Source: a virus
DNA length: 64,000 nt
Direction: 5' to 3' (one strand)
Virus record (IMG/VR): IMGVR_UViG_3300025133_000048
Location: 32,390-96,389 of that record
How positions within the stretch are numbered: position 1 is the first letter of the stretch; the number at the start of each line of letters is the position of its first letter. The notes below the pieces were generated by a model. That model saw only the letters and a list, made by a program, of their open reading frames with translations, did no database searches and was not told the origin of the DNA. This document shows, piece by piece, positions 1 through 11,008 of this stretch. Both the position numbers and the translations under genes were made by a program.

Positions 1-2
1 CT

Positions 3-1526
3 TTGCCGAGAGAACCTTTGTTGCTAAGTATGCTGCGTGACACCAATAGAATCTCCAAGAACTATCTCAGACCAGAGTTAGAAGACATAAGATTGATAAG
101 AGCAATAGGATCTTATTCATTAGATTTTGAAGGGAACATAGTCGCGGTACAATTCAAGCGCAACCAGTCCTCTCAAAAGGCACAGAATAGGGGAATTCGT
201 CTGCTAAATGCCCTTGCTTTTGGTGCATACGGAAAAGACTATAGGGATACACTACTTAAGAAAAAGAAAGACGAAAGAAGAGTAAGGATCAAGGTTCTTA
301 GCCTAAAAAGACTAAAAACGATCACAAGGGAATTTGACCTACACAACAGCATGATGCTTAGTAAGTCAATTTTAAGATTTCACATAAGAGCAGAACTAGA
401 AGGTTATTCTGATAAGCTAGATGAATTCTTCGTCCCGCAGCCTTATATCTTTGATCTTAGCAAATTTTTTATTGGTGCTAGCAACATTTGTAAAAATCAC
501 ACAATACAAGCTGGCCTTTCGGAAGTCGAAAGACCGGTAGGGGAATCCTCTCTTCCGTATGGTGACATAAATGAAGTAGTACAAGATCCTTCTGTACAAA
601 ATCCTTTAGAGGATTTAGAAATTACAGATGAGATCAAAAACAATGGAGTTTTCTTTTTAGAAAAGTATGCAGTGGTGACACCCAAAGGAACCAGAAGCAG
701 TAGTTTCACAACACTTCTAAATGGAGTGGTTTCAATAACAGAGCTACAAAGTGAAATAAGAAACTTTCGTGGAGATAAAGAAATATTAATTTCCGAAGCG
801 CTTGGAGATGCAATAGAAGTATTAGATGAGAATGGAAATGTATTAACTTATGACGGCAGCATTGGTATTAAGTTTGGAGTCAGGTTATGTTATGCACCTC
901 CGAGCAATTTTGCTGTTCCAAATGCAATTGAATTTGACAGAGCATTTAAAGCCAAGCCTGTGGAAGGTTACGCCGGCTCTGCTCATTATTTTCCAATTGC
1001 AAAGTTTGAACAAGATATAATAGACAGAAAGCTTAACGAAATAGACCTACAAGATACGAATCTTGGTGAAGACCTAAAATGTTATGTTGACAAGCTTGTT
1101 TCTACAAGCGAATTTGACCTTGTTATTAACAATCTTCTGATAACCAGAAGGATTTCCGGATTAATGTCAATTTATATGTATGATGCCTTTATAGATTCAC
1201 TAGGCTTAGATTCATCAGAAAGAGAAGAAGGCTCGGAGAATAGAGGAAACCAAAAATGGAAAGGAAACATTCTGGATGATACAAAAGACCAGTGTAGAGC
1301 GCTTTTCGCCTCTTTTTATCGCTCAATGGACTCTGACGACGACAGTCTTGATGAGACAAAAGAGAAAAATAGGAAAAAGCTATTCTCTAATTTACTTCCC
1401 AATGGCTTATTTAATATAGATAGATCTGTAAAGTGGTGGCAACTCCGTAGAAGATTAGAAGATCGACCATTTAATAAAGATGGCGAAGATTGTGTAAATG
1501 ACTTAGCAGAGATTTTTGGAGGATAA
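3..1526 (+). CDS. C-terminal part of a large hypothetical protein, probably baseplate-associated (5' end likely outside window)
   Basis: Open from the window edge; the TTG start is probably an artefact. Ends 2 nt before the gp25-like gene. Confidence 0.6.
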   Translation: MPREPLLLSMLRDTNRISKNYLRPELEDIRLIRAIGSYSLDFEGNIVAVQFKRNQSSQKAQNRGIRLLNALAFGAYGKDYRDTLLKKKKDERRVRIKVLSLKRLKTITREFDLHNSMMLSKSILRFHIRAELEGYSDKLDEFFVPQPYIFDLSKFFIGASNICKNHTIQAGLSEVERPVGESSLPYGDINEVVQDPSVQNPLEDLEITDEIKNNGVFFLEKYAVVTPKGTRSSSFTTLLNGVVSITELQSEIRNFRGDKEILISEALGDAIEVLDENGNVLTYDGSIGIKFGVRLCYAPPSNFAVPNAIEFDRAFKAKPVEGYAGSAHYFPIAKFEQDIIDRKLNEIDLQDTNLGEDLKCYVDKLVSTSEFDLVINNLLITRRISGLMSIYMYDAFIDSLGLDSSEREEGSENRGNQKWKGNILDDTKDQCRALFASFYRSMDSDDDSLDETKEKNRKKLFSNLLPNGLFNIDRSVKWWQLRRRLEDRPFNKDGEDCVNDLAEIFGG

Positions 1527-1528
1527 GT

Positions 1529-1912
1529 ATGGCTATAAAGAATATAACAGTTGAGTTTCCACTCAAAGTAGGACCAGAGGGCTATTTGGTATCTATAACA
1601 GAGGAAAATGTTGCTGAATCAATAAAATTTAATCTTAAAAACATTTTGTTAACGATTCCGGGAGAAAAGCTCTCCGACTCTAATTTTGGTGTTGGCTTAT
1701 TGAGATACTTATTTTTAAATAACAACGAGGATTTAAAGCCTCTCAAATTCGTCATCAGAGAACAGATAAAGAGATATTTCAATGTTTTTAGCAATTTGGA
1801 CATTGAAACCGACATAAGCCGAATGAATGAGCAAGTTTTAAAAGTAAAGCTTGTTTATGTGATAGATGAAATTAAACTATCGGACGAGTTGGAAGTTGAA
1901 GTTTCTCTGTGA
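1529..1912 (+). CDS. Baseplate wedge subunit, T4 gp25/GPW_gp25-like
   Basis: 127 aa; motif IKFNLKNILLTIPGEK..DSNFGVGL..YLF is typical of gp25; SD GGAGG upstream; precedes the gp6-like gene. Confidence 0.85.
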   Translation: MAIKNITVEFPLKVGPEGYLVSITEENVAESIKFNLKNILLTIPGEKLSDSNFGVGLLRYLFLNNNEDLKPLKFVIREQIKRYFNVFSNLDIETDISRMNEQVLKVKLVYVIDEIKLSDELEVEVSL

Positions 1913-1925
1913 AATTAACGAGCAA

Positions 1926-1934
1926 ACTATTTAT
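1926..1934 (+). promoter_or_regulatory. Putative late promoter motif ACTATTTAT
   Basis: Intergenic copy of the recurrent motif, about 25 nt upstream of the gp6-like ATG. Confidence 0.65.
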
Positions 1935-1958
1935 TTTTGATGTGAAGGAATCTGCTAC

Positions 1959-3758
1959 ATGCCCAAAAACAAAAACATACCTATAAAATATACAAATAGA
2001 GATTTTGATACAATCAAGCAAGACTTGATAGATTATGCAAAAAGATACTACCCAAATACTTACAAAGATTTCAGTGATGCCTCATTTGGTTCAATGGTTT
2101 TTGACATGGTTGCATACGTCGGAGATAACTTATCTTTTTATTTAGATTACCAAGCGAATGAATCATTTCTAGATACATCTGTTGAATTTTCTAACATACG
2201 AAAGCATGCTCGGTCTATGGGCTATTCATTTGCTGGTGTACCTGTGTCTTATGGCTTGGCATCATTCTTTATCTTGATACCTGCTAATGCAGATGGAAAT
2301 GCACCAGATCCTCTTTACATACCAACTTTAAAGAAAAATACATCTCTTCGATCAGCTTCTGGTGTATCCTTTTTGCTATTGGAAGATGTTGATTTTTCAG
2401 ATCCCAAAAATGAAGTTGTAGAAGCACAATACAATAGTACAACTGGTGGCGTTACTTATTATGCTATTCGTGCCTACGGCCAAGTCTCATCAGGTAAACT
2501 GCAGTCAGTTGATATTAATCTGGTTAATGCTTCGTTTGAAAAATTTAGAAAAGTAAGAATAGGCGCCTCCGCTATTTCAGAAGTAGTAAAAGTCGTCGAC
2601 TCAGAAGGAAATGTCTATTACGAAGTAGACTATTTGAGCCAAGAAACAATCATGATAGAAACAACAAACCCAACTGCTTTGTCTGATGGCGTAAGATCTA
2701 TTATGAAACCATTTGTAACAGCAAGAAGATTTATTATTGAGCAAGATAATACCGGAACTTATTTACAATTTGGCTTCGGATCGGAGGATGACGATGATTC
2801 TGGACTAGCAGACCCCTCAGCGGTTGCGTTGAATCTCCATGCTAGGGATGCGATAACTGCCACGTCTATTGATCCTTCAAAACTATTAGGGACTGACAAA
2901 TTTGGAATCTCTCCTTATGGAACCACTCTGAAGGTAATTTATCGGGTTAATGACTCAACAAATGTTAATGTTGGTGCAAACCAGCTTGATAGAGTTATTT
3001 CGCCTGTTGTAAAATTCAATGACCCAACAAGTTTGAATTCTGCCACAGTGGCATACATAAGGGGTTCTCTCGAAGTTACAAATGAAGATCCAATAAGTGG
3101 ACAAACAGTCGAGATCTTATCAGATGAGCTTAAAGTTAGAGCAAAGAACTATTATGCCACACAGAACAGAGCAGTTACAAAACAGGACTATGAATCGATT
3201 GCATATAACATGCCAAATAAGTTCGGGTCAATAAAAAGAGTTAATGTGGTAAACGATCCTCTGTCAACAAATAGAAAACTAGCCCTGTATGTTATTTCAG
3301 AAAATCAAAATGCAGAATTGATAACTACAAGTGCAAGAATAAAAGAAAATTTAAAATCTTGGCTAACACAGTACAAGTCTATAAACGATCAGATGGAAAT
3401 CTTTGATGCAAAAATAGTAAATTTTGGAATAGATTTCGAAGTATCGGTTGATAATAGATATAGTCGTGATGAAGTGATCACTAATGCCATAAATAATTTA
3501 GCGAACAGGTATTCTCCAAAGTTTTATATAGGAGAAGCCATCTACTTAACAGAGATCTATAACATTCTGGTAAAGACAACTGGAATTATTGATGTTAAGA
3601 AGGTTGAGGTCTTCAATAAGTATGGGGGAAATCATTCCTCGATTCCGTTTGACTTTGACAAAGTTAGTTCAAAAGACGGCTCATACTATAAAATTCCAAA
3701 AAACGTGATCGTTGAATTAAAATTTCCAAATGAAGACATAAAGGGTGCCGCCAAATGA
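1959..3758 (+). CDS. Baseplate wedge protein, T4 gp6 / baseplate J-like
   Basis: YTNRDFDTIKQDL, DF..AS.G, AYVGDNLSFYLD..ANE.FL, YLQFG.G and QNRAVTKQDYE motifs are characteristic of gp6. Confidence 0.9.
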   Translation: MPKNKNIPIKYTNRDFDTIKQDLIDYAKRYYPNTYKDFSDASFGSMVFDMVAYVGDNLSFYLDYQANESFLDTSVEFSNIRKHARSMGYSFAGVPVSYGLASFFILIPANADGNAPDPLYIPTLKKNTSLRSASGVSFLLLEDVDFSDPKNEVVEAQYNSTTGGVTYYAIRAYGQVSSGKLQSVDINLVNASFEKFRKVRIGASAISEVVKVVDSEGNVYYEVDYLSQETIMIETTNPTALSDGVRSIMKPFVTARRFIIEQDNTGTYLQFGFGSEDDDDSGLADPSAVALNLHARDAITATSIDPSKLLGTDKFGISPYGTTLKVIYRVNDSTNVNVGANQLDRVISPVVKFNDPTSLNSATVAYIRGSLEVTNEDPISGQTVEILSDELKVRAKNYYATQNRAVTKQDYESIAYNMPNKFGSIKRVNVVNDPLSTNRKLALYVISENQNAELITTSARIKENLKSWLTQYKSINDQMEIFDAKIVNFGIDFEVSVDNRYSRDEVITNAINNLANRYSPKFYIGEAIYLTEIYNILVKTTGIIDVKKVEVFNKYGGNHSSIPFDFDKVSSKDGSYYKIPKNVIVELKFPNEDIKGAAK

Positions 3759-5185
3759 GTATAAAAAGATACACAGCAATAGCAGATAACACAATCACAA
3801 ATGCCTTTGAGAGCGATTTGTCCACCAGAGCTACTGGGTCAAATGCCGGAGCAGCCGATGTAATAGAGATTTTTTCAATTTATGGTCAAGCGACAACTAG
3901 CTCTGCTGAGGCATCTAGAGCACTTGTACAATTTGACACATCACAGATTTCAGCTGATAGAACCGCTGGATTAATTCCGGCCAATGGGTCAGTTTCGTTT
4001 TATTTAAAAATGTTCAACACTGAACACATCGAAACAACACCAAGAAGTTTTACATTAGCTGTACAAGCAGTTTCACAGTCTTGGGAAGAGGGGAATGGAT
4101 TAGATCTTGATTCTTATACTGATTTAACTTATAACAACATAGGTTCAAATTGGATAAAAAGATCAGGCAATAACAGCTGGGTTGCTCAAGGGGGTGATTT
4201 TCACACAACACCAGTATTTACAGCGACATTTGACAAAGGATCAGAGGATCTTGAAATCAATGTAACTTCGCTAGTAGAAGAGTGGATTGCTGGAACCAAA
4301 GATAACTACGGTTTTGGCATCTTCTTATCCGGATCATATGAATCCGGAACAACATCTTATTATACAAAAAAGTTCTTCGCTAGATCAAGCGAATTCTTTT
4401 TTAAAAAGCCGATCATAGAAGCAAGGTTCAACGACGACATCAAAGATGATCGTGGTAATTTTTATTCCTCTTCTTCCCTCGCACCTGCTGAGGACAACCT
4501 TAATACAATTTATCTATACAACTATGTTAGAGGAAGGCTTAGAAATATACCGTCAATTGATACCGGCAACATCTATGTTGATTTTTATCAAACCCTAGGC
4601 GGAACAGCAGAGACACTATGTATTGATACACCAGCCACAGGCGGGTATGTCTCTGCTGGTATCTATTCTTGTTCTGTTTGTGTTTCCACAACCGCCACCA
4701 CTCTTAGAGATGTCTGGCACGATGGATCAGGAACACAATTTCATACAGGAACTATTTCTGTAAATTCTCTCGCATCAGAGACACATAGTACAAACCAAAG
4801 GTATGTCCTATCAATAAGTAACATGAAAAGCCAATATAGCAATCAAGAAACTGCAAGATTTAGATTATATGCACGTGTAAAAGATTGGTCTCCAACAATT
4901 TATACTGTTGCCTCTGCAGCTCCGGAAAACTTAATAATACCATCGGCATCTTATGAGGTTTGCCGTACATCAGATGGAGCCAGAGTTATACCTTTTGGAA
5001 CCGGCTCTGATTGGCATACCGGCTTGGCACATGATGTTAGCGGAAATTACTTTGATCTAGACTTATCTATGCTTGAAGCCGGTTATTCGTATGATATAAA
5101 ATTTGCCTTTTATAATGATTCGGTAACCGACTGGGAAGTTCAGCCGTACAACTTTAGATTCAAAGTGAGAGAAGATGAGTACTAA
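3755..5185 (+). CDS. Virion structural protein with DNRLRE/CBM-like beta-sandwich N-terminal domain
   Basis: SRALVQFD, AVSQSWEEG, W..QGGDF, INVT.LVEEW..G..DNYGF, KP.IE pattern; ATGA overlap with gp6-like gene. Confidence 0.55.
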   Translation: MSIKRYTAIADNTITNAFESDLSTRATGSNAGAADVIEIFSIYGQATTSSAEASRALVQFDTSQISADRTAGLIPANGSVSFYLKMFNTEHIETTPRSFTLAVQAVSQSWEEGNGLDLDSYTDLTYNNIGSNWIKRSGNNSWVAQGGDFHTTPVFTATFDKGSEDLEINVTSLVEEWIAGTKDNYGFGIFLSGSYESGTTSYYTKKFFARSSEFFFKKPIIEARFNDDIKDDRGNFYSSSSLAPAEDNLNTIYLYNYVRGRLRNIPSIDTGNIYVDFYQTLGGTAETLCIDTPATGGYVSAGIYSCSVCVSTTATTLRDVWHDGSGTQFHTGTISVNSLASETHSTNQRYVLSISNMKSQYSNQETARFRLYARVKDWSPTIYTVASAAPENLIIPSASYEVCRTSDGARVIPFGTGSDWHTGLAHDVSGNYFDLDLSMLEAGYSYDIKFAFYNDSVTDWEVQPYNFRFKVREDEY

Positions 5186-6089
5186 ACCGATTTTTGCAAA
5201 ATCCGCTAATTCCGGATCAGAAGGAACAGAGTCTCCCGATTTTATTGTAGCCAAGTCCAAAGATTTAGATACATATATTCCTCCTATTGACTTCTCAACA
5301 GCATCTAACTTTGTTCGTTTTGGTTCTGGTGAAGAATATTATGCCGAGAGTATTAAGAGGATTTATAACGATTATCCGTATGATGGATCAGCTAAAGAAA
5401 AGACAAACTTCTATCTAAGCTCTTCTTATTTAGATAAATGGATGATTGATAATAAGTATCCAAGATATTCAGGATATGCTGCTTTTGATGGAACATCTTA
5501 CTTGCAAGTAAACAGGGGTTATCAAGAAGCAACAGTTCCATCGTCAACTAAGCTCTCAACACTCTTTGGTTCCAAGAAGGTTATACAAGATACAACAAAA
5601 AGAAGAAAACAAACAGCTTATTTTGATTTTGATGATGGTGTAACTTGGGAATGGAGAATGAAGATTGATGGATTTAATGGCTCATATAGTGGATCTTATT
5701 TGTATAAATTTTCTTCCGATGTGGGCTTTATCAATGTGGCATTAATTCATCAAGATCATCCCGTCAGCCCTACAGGCCAAAGTGTATTTAATCTTAATAT
5801 GTCCTCATCAGCAGGTTGGTTTGGAGCAACAATTTCAAATGACAACACTGTAACCACTTCGTCAATTGCAGACGGCTCATGGCACCATTATGCTATAAGT
5901 CTTTTTAGACTTGGATCTGATCTGGTATGTGATTTTTACTTTGATGGAAAGATAAATAAAAGAAAAGCGATAACAGCAGCCACATTTCCAAATCTGACCA
6001 GCTCTGTTACAAGCTTTATAATGTCCGGCTCTTGGAGTGTAGGTGCAACACCTTACGGCTCTGGTCCCTCAATTGACTTTGGAGGTTAA
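5175..6089 (+). CDS. Virion protein, N-terminal piece carrying most of a LamG (ConA-like) domain
   Basis: DGSWHHYAIS..FYFDGK LamG motifs; stops before the final DE.R.W strand, which begins the next in-frame ORF. Confidence 0.7.
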   Translation: MSTKPIFAKSANSGSEGTESPDFIVAKSKDLDTYIPPIDFSTASNFVRFGSGEEYYAESIKRIYNDYPYDGSAKEKTNFYLSSSYLDKWMIDNKYPRYSGYAAFDGTSYLQVNRGYQEATVPSSTKLSTLFGSKKVIQDTTKRRKQTAYFDFDDGVTWEWRMKIDGFNGSYSGSYLYKFSSDVGFINVALIHQDHPVSPTGQSVFNLNMSSSAGWFGATISNDNTVTTSSIADGSWHHYAISLFRLGSDLVCDFYFDGKINKRKAITAATFPNLTSSVTSFIMSGSWSVGATPYGSGPSIDFGG

Positions 6090-6098
6090 AAATAATTT

Positions 6099-9000
6099 AT
6101 GGCTATTACACTTACTATACATTCTTGTTCATTTGACGAGTTTCGTTTTTGGAATAAAAAACGAACACCAGAAGAAATTTATAGAAACTATCAATCAACA
6201 ATTGATGGCGGCGCTTCAACAGACGACTACAAGACAGAACTTTCAATGTATTTTAAATTCAATGAAGGTAACACAGGCACAGACTCTGAGGACAGAGTAG
6301 TCCTTGACTATTCCGGAAGAATTTCAAATGCATATTGGCAGGATTATTCTGCTGGTCTTCGTGCCACTGGTTCTTCTTTAACCTCTGAAAGAGGCGATCT
6401 GATTATAAGATCCAGTCACCCAGATGTTATTGCTCTAGAGACTGAAATGCAAACTAGCGGATCTAATCATGATGCTAATAATAACATGTATTTGTATGAT
6501 CTGACGCCACAATGGATAAGAGATGAAGATGAACAAAATGGAAAAGAGTTCAAGAAGCTTGTTCAAATAATTGGTTCTTATTTTGATACTCTATACGCAC
6601 AAGTGGAAAGACTACCGGAACTTCGTGATAAGGGCTATACAACTTCGAATAACAAAGCAAAGCCATTTGCGAATCGTCTTCTAAGCGATAAAGGGTTTAA
6701 TGTTGAGGATGTTTTAACCAATCGATCAATTTTGGAATTTTTCAATTCCCGCGATCTGAATGGTAATAAATACGAAAAAGAAATTACAGAGATAAAGAAT
6801 CTAATTTATCTCAACATTTACAACAACCTCGAACACATTTACAAATCAAAAGGCACCGAAAAATCATACCGAAATCTTCTTCGGTGCTTTGGCATAGATG
6901 ATGAAATAGTAAAGCTTAACCTCTATACAGACAATGCAACACAATATCTTGTTGACAAGACCAAACACACCTCACAAAAGACCAAGCATATTGATTTTTC
7001 TAGACCTGCTCGTTTCGGAGCAACAGTGTACCAACAGAATTTCATTTCTGGCTCAAAACTTGAGAGATTAGAGAAGAATTTAGCACTAACTGCCGAAGTT
7101 GAGGTATTAGTACCGGTAAAACCAAAGCAAACAGATTCTTCTTATTTTTACACAAGTTTTCAATCATCTTCGGTATTTGGACTTGATGCAGTAGATTCAT
7201 CCGGAGTTCAATATAGTGGATCAAACCTCCACGACAACTTTCAATTATATTTGGTTAAAGATGCCGTGGAGAGTACACGAGCCAAATGGGTTCTAGAACA
7301 AATAAATCATGGCACATCCACAACCTCAATTGTATTGACTTCTTCTTATTATGATGAGATCTATAACAATCAAAGATGGAACTTGGCGGTTAGAGTATAC
7401 CCTGAAGGTTATCCCTTTGCTGGTTCATACCTAACTTCATCTAATCCTTCATACACTTTGGAACTTTATGGAGTTTCTCACAATTTAGACGAAGTCTTGC
7501 ATGAATTTAATGTATCAACGACTCTATTACATGAAACAGGCTCATCACTATTATCAGCTGATAAGAAAGCATATGTTGGTGCTCGTCGCACCAATTGGTC
7601 TGGCTCGGTTGTTACCAATAGTGATGTTAAGATCGCTGCGACCTCAATTTACTTTGATAAGCTCAATAATAAATCAATAAAACAGCATAACAAAGATCCC
7701 ATGAATTATGGGCATGATAAAGTATTTGGAAATCCAACGCTTTTTGCTACAAACCAAAGCGGAGTTCACATTCCAGCCCAAGATAGCTTGGCACTTCATT
7801 GGGATTTTCAAACGGTATCAACTTCTGATTCAAGCGGAGAGTTTGTAGTTGAGGATTACTCAAGCGGCTCTTCAACAGGAAGATATGGATGGCTTGAAAA
7901 TGTAATCAAAGCAGAACACAAAGGAACCGGAGATGAATTTCCAGTTTCTTCAACAGCTGTTGTATCAAACGAGTTTATTTTCGCTTCAAAGAAAGAGCTT
8001 CCAGAGATCTCCTTTACATCCGACACAATAAAGATAATGGGAGATGCCGATACCTTTCTCTATGAAGATGAAGACGTTACCGACAACATTTTTTCATTTG
8101 AAAAGAGTATGTATCAATCAGTATCAGAAAACATGCTAAACATGTTCTCAACAATCGTTGAGTATTCTAATCTATTTTCAAAGCCAATTGATAGATACAG
8201 ACAGGATTATAAGAGATTAGACCATGCTCGCCAAATCTTTTTCGAAAGAGTAACAGGTGACATGGATTTGGACAAATTCACAGAGTATTTTAAGTGGATT
8301 GATCGATCAGTTTCCTATTTTTTAGAACAGCTTCATCCGGCTTCTGCCAAGTTCAATGCAGGACTGTCGGACATGGTTGAATCTCATATTCTCGAGAGAC
8401 CAAAGTACCAACATAGGTTTCCATCAATTGAATCTAAAACAATAACCGACAGCGGAGTCAAAGGCGGAATCAAAGGTATAGCAGAGCGCCGTTATAATTG
8501 GCAATACGGACATGCTCCGGATTATAAAAACGAAGACTACAATGCAAAAGCAGTTAGCCTTGCATCCACATGTTGTTTACAATATGCAGATAGAACCGTA
8601 TTTACCGGTTCTTCCGGAGCACTTTCAATAGGGTTTTGGTTTAAGCCTGCGAACACCACCATTGGCCGAGTTATAATTGACTTTGGTAATAATTTAAAAA
8701 TCTCACAAAATGCTACAAACAAAATAGTTGCAACGATTGTCACGTCTGGTGGAGTATCAGTCGGAACAACTACTGCCAACCCAGTTACAACCGATGCATT
8801 TATTTTAATTTCTTGGGACCATGCTGATCCGACTAATGGAGATGTTAACATATATATTCGAGGCTCTGTGGAAGAAGACATGGCATATAGCGCAGGAGCA
8901 ACCGCATTTAGGGCCCTAGACGCTGGGTCTTTACAAATTGGATCAGCAGCGGTTGATGGCGATGTATTTGATGAAGTGTCCATTTGGGACAAAATAATGA

Positions 9001-11006
9001 CAGCAGCTGATGCCACAAGCATCTATAATTCTGGTGTTGCACAAAATCTTTTAAATCACCCATCCGCATCTAATCTCGTATCTTATTACAGAATGGGAGA
9101 CCACCCAGATGACCCAGATGATGACCCATATAAAGGCTTGACGCTGAAAGATTCAAAAAGCGGATATCACCTATCTGTAAAAGGTGTCGGCTCTACTTAC
9201 ACGACTGCTATTCCTACATCTTTTAAAGTGCCAAATACAAACAAAAATATTCATTGTTTATGGCATAATGATAGAGAAGAAAGATCCGGAACAAACAGTC
9301 CGGACCGAGAGCAAATTAGAAAAGTATTGACGACACAAAAAGATGCTGTTGGGCCTAGTTTTGGAGACAATAGTCAAAACATTTATACTGGTGGCACTTA
9401 TGCTTTGAGAAGATTTGCAAATCCTTATAAGTTTAGTGCCGAAGAGCAAAGAACCATACATGGCGGAACAAACTATGCGACACCAAAAGATCGCGATTTC
9501 ATAAAGCCACTTGTAGCACCCCACGGAACTACTTCTGATGGTGCCCCACAGAATGTCGTTGTTTTAGGTGTGGGAACAGGTCAAGGACTAATAGATCCCT
9601 CTCCTTGCGAAGACGTTGAGCTTGGCCCAACAGAGAAGGAGAAATATAATTCAGTTGCGATCGTAGGTGTTTATTCTAATTTCGACGGGTCTGCTCCTGC
9701 TTCTGGATCAAGTGTATATGCTACACCAGAATTTGCGTATAACATAAAAGGCGAAAAGATCTTTCCTTTCAACCTAATCAAAGGTACTAACGATAGTGGC
9801 TATAATTCAACAATCCACAATCTTTATGAAAAAGATGCAATTCTAACCAACCTACATTCAGATACAACTGACTATACCAACGAAATACCAATTCAAGGCC
9901 CATTTACAAATCAATGGGTTGGTGGAAGACAATCCAGACATGTTGGCATTAATTTAGGAACAGACGGAGCCACTTCGAGACCTGAAGAGTGGAGAATTTT
10001 AGTTGGAGAGCATGAGTCACTAGATGTCGTTGACGGCGCTCTGGGCTTTACTGGTCCTGATTACGGAGGACCATATCCCGATGCCACCCGCCCATGGGCT
10101 ATTCGTTATCGTGACACCCGTGCAAAAAGACCGGTCAATGTTGCAAATGTTAGTGGATCACAATACAATTTAGGAAACTACCAGAGAAACTATGAAGTAA
10201 TAAATGTGGTAGGTAGAAAAGAAAACAATAGAATCTTCCGAATCAGTGGCTCAATAAGAAATTATTTAGCAACAGACATTTCAGTATTACCAGAAACTAC
10301 AAACCAAATAGGGTTATTGGGCATAGATTCCTCAACCAACGGAAACACACAGCTTAATTTCGAAGGGACAAATAGGATTTCCGATGGGGTGAAACAACAG
10401 TCTGATTGGGAAAACAATTCTGCTGGCAATGAAACCGTGATTGTAAGTCGCTTCTCTGCTCCCGGCGGTATTGAAACCGGCCCTGCTTATATGGATGTAT
10501 ATTCAAAAGAATACTCCCCCTATAACTCTTTGAACTATAGAAACTATACTGTTATTGGACGAGCAGACACTGGATCTGCTGGAAACAGTGGAGAATCTGG
10601 TACAATCAGAGTTAATTCGCATGCTGACCGACGAGAGGGCTTGAATCATCTTCATGCAAGGCATTCTGGTAAGTTTGGTATTGATTCACTACATGGAGCG
10701 GTTTCCGCAACAGACTATGTGGTCGAACCATCGTTTCACAAAATACATAGAAATACAGCATTACGACCAATCAGTGGATCATCTGCAATAGATGAAATTC
10801 ATGACAACTTCTTTATTCAATCAGTTTTGCCACAATCTGACTACAATTATAGTTGGGTAACTTCTTCATTAGGAAGTAATTACTCTGTTAGAAGCGGAAC
10901 ACAAAAAGTCTTTGGATTTTGGCCTAAGAGCGGCATCTTATCCTCTTCAAGTGGATTTGATTCGGCCATTTCGTTTCCATCTGCATCACAAATATACGGG
11001 AGTTAA
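6099..11006 (+). CDS. Large baseplate/tail protein with LamG domains
   Basis: 1635 aa; FDEFRFW, YFKFNEG, FDEVSIWDK, LVSYYRMGD LamG motifs; IYKSKGTEKSYRNLLRCFG resembles the tail protein I/gp7 motif; SD GGAGGT at 6081-6086. Confidence 0.7.
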   Translation: MAITLTIHSCSFDEFRFWNKKRTPEEIYRNYQSTIDGGASTDDYKTELSMYFKFNEGNTGTDSEDRVVLDYSGRISNAYWQDYSAGLRATGSSLTSERGDLIIRSSHPDVIALETEMQTSGSNHDANNNMYLYDLTPQWIRDEDEQNGKEFKKLVQIIGSYFDTLYAQVERLPELRDKGYTTSNNKAKPFANRLLSDKGFNVEDVLTNRSILEFFNSRDLNGNKYEKEITEIKNLIYLNIYNNLEHIYKSKGTEKSYRNLLRCFGIDDEIVKLNLYTDNATQYLVDKTKHTSQKTKHIDFSRPARFGATVYQQNFISGSKLERLEKNLALTAEVEVLVPVKPKQTDSSYFYTSFQSSSVFGLDAVDSSGVQYSGSNLHDNFQLYLVKDAVESTRAKWVLEQINHGTSTTSIVLTSSYYDEIYNNQRWNLAVRVYPEGYPFAGSYLTSSNPSYTLELYGVSHNLDEVLHEFNVSTTLLHETGSSLLSADKKAYVGARRTNWSGSVVTNSDVKIAATSIYFDKLNNKSIKQHNKDPMNYGHDKVFGNPTLFATNQSGVHIPAQDSLALHWDFQTVSTSDSSGEFVVEDYSSGSSTGRYGWLENVIKAEHKGTGDEFPVSSTAVVSNEFIFASKKELPEISFTSDTIKIMGDADTFLYEDEDVTDNIFSFEKSMYQSVSENMLNMFSTIVEYSNLFSKPIDRYRQDYKRLDHARQIFFERVTGDMDLDKFTEYFKWIDRSVSYFLEQLHPASAKFNAGLSDMVESHILERPKYQHRFPSIESKTITDSGVKGGIKGIAERRYNWQYGHAPDYKNEDYNAKAVSLASTCCLQYADRTVFTGSSGALSIGFWFKPANTTIGRVIIDFGNNLKISQNATNKIVATIVTSGGVSVGTTTANPVTTDAFILISWDHADPTNGDVNIYIRGSVEEDMAYSAGATAFRALDAGSLQIGSAAVDGDVFDEVSIWDKIMTAADATSIYNSGVAQNLLNHPSASNLVSYYRMGDHPDDPDDDPYKGLTLKDSKSGYHLSVKGVGSTYTTAIPTSFKVPNTNKNIHCLWHNDREERSGTNSPDREQIRKVLTTQKDAVGPSFGDNSQNIYTGGTYALRRFANPYKFSAEEQRTIHGGTNYATPKDRDFIKPLVAPHGTTSDGAPQNVVVLGVGTGQGLIDPSPCEDVELGPTEKEKYNSVAIVGVYSNFDGSAPASGSSVYATPEFAYNIKGEKIFPFNLIKGTNDSGYNSTIHNLYEKDAILTNLHSDTTDYTNEIPIQGPFTNQWVGGRQSRHVGINLGTDGATSRPEEWRILVGEHESLDVVDGALGFTGPDYGGPYPDATRPWAIRYRDTRAKRPVNVANVSGSQYNLGNYQRNYEVINVVGRKENNRIFRISGSIRNYLATDISVLPETTNQIGLLGIDSSTNGNTQLNFEGTNRISDGVKQQSDWENNSAGNETVIVSRFSAPGGIETGPAYMDVYSKEYSPYNSLNYRNYTVIGRADTGSAGNSGESGTIRVNSHADRREGLNHLHARHSGKFGIDSLHGAVSATDYVVEPSFHKIHRNTALRPISGSSAIDEIHDNFFIQSVLPQSDYNYSWVTSSLGSNYSVRSGTQKVFGFWPKSGILSSSSGFDSAISFPSASQIYGS

Positions 11007-11008
11007 TA

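Noticed and set aside
6081-6130. T4 gene 60-style ribosomal bypass at the split LamG gene
   Set aside because: No matching in-frame Gly landing codon or take-off hairpin nearby; a good SD and ATG explain re-initiation.
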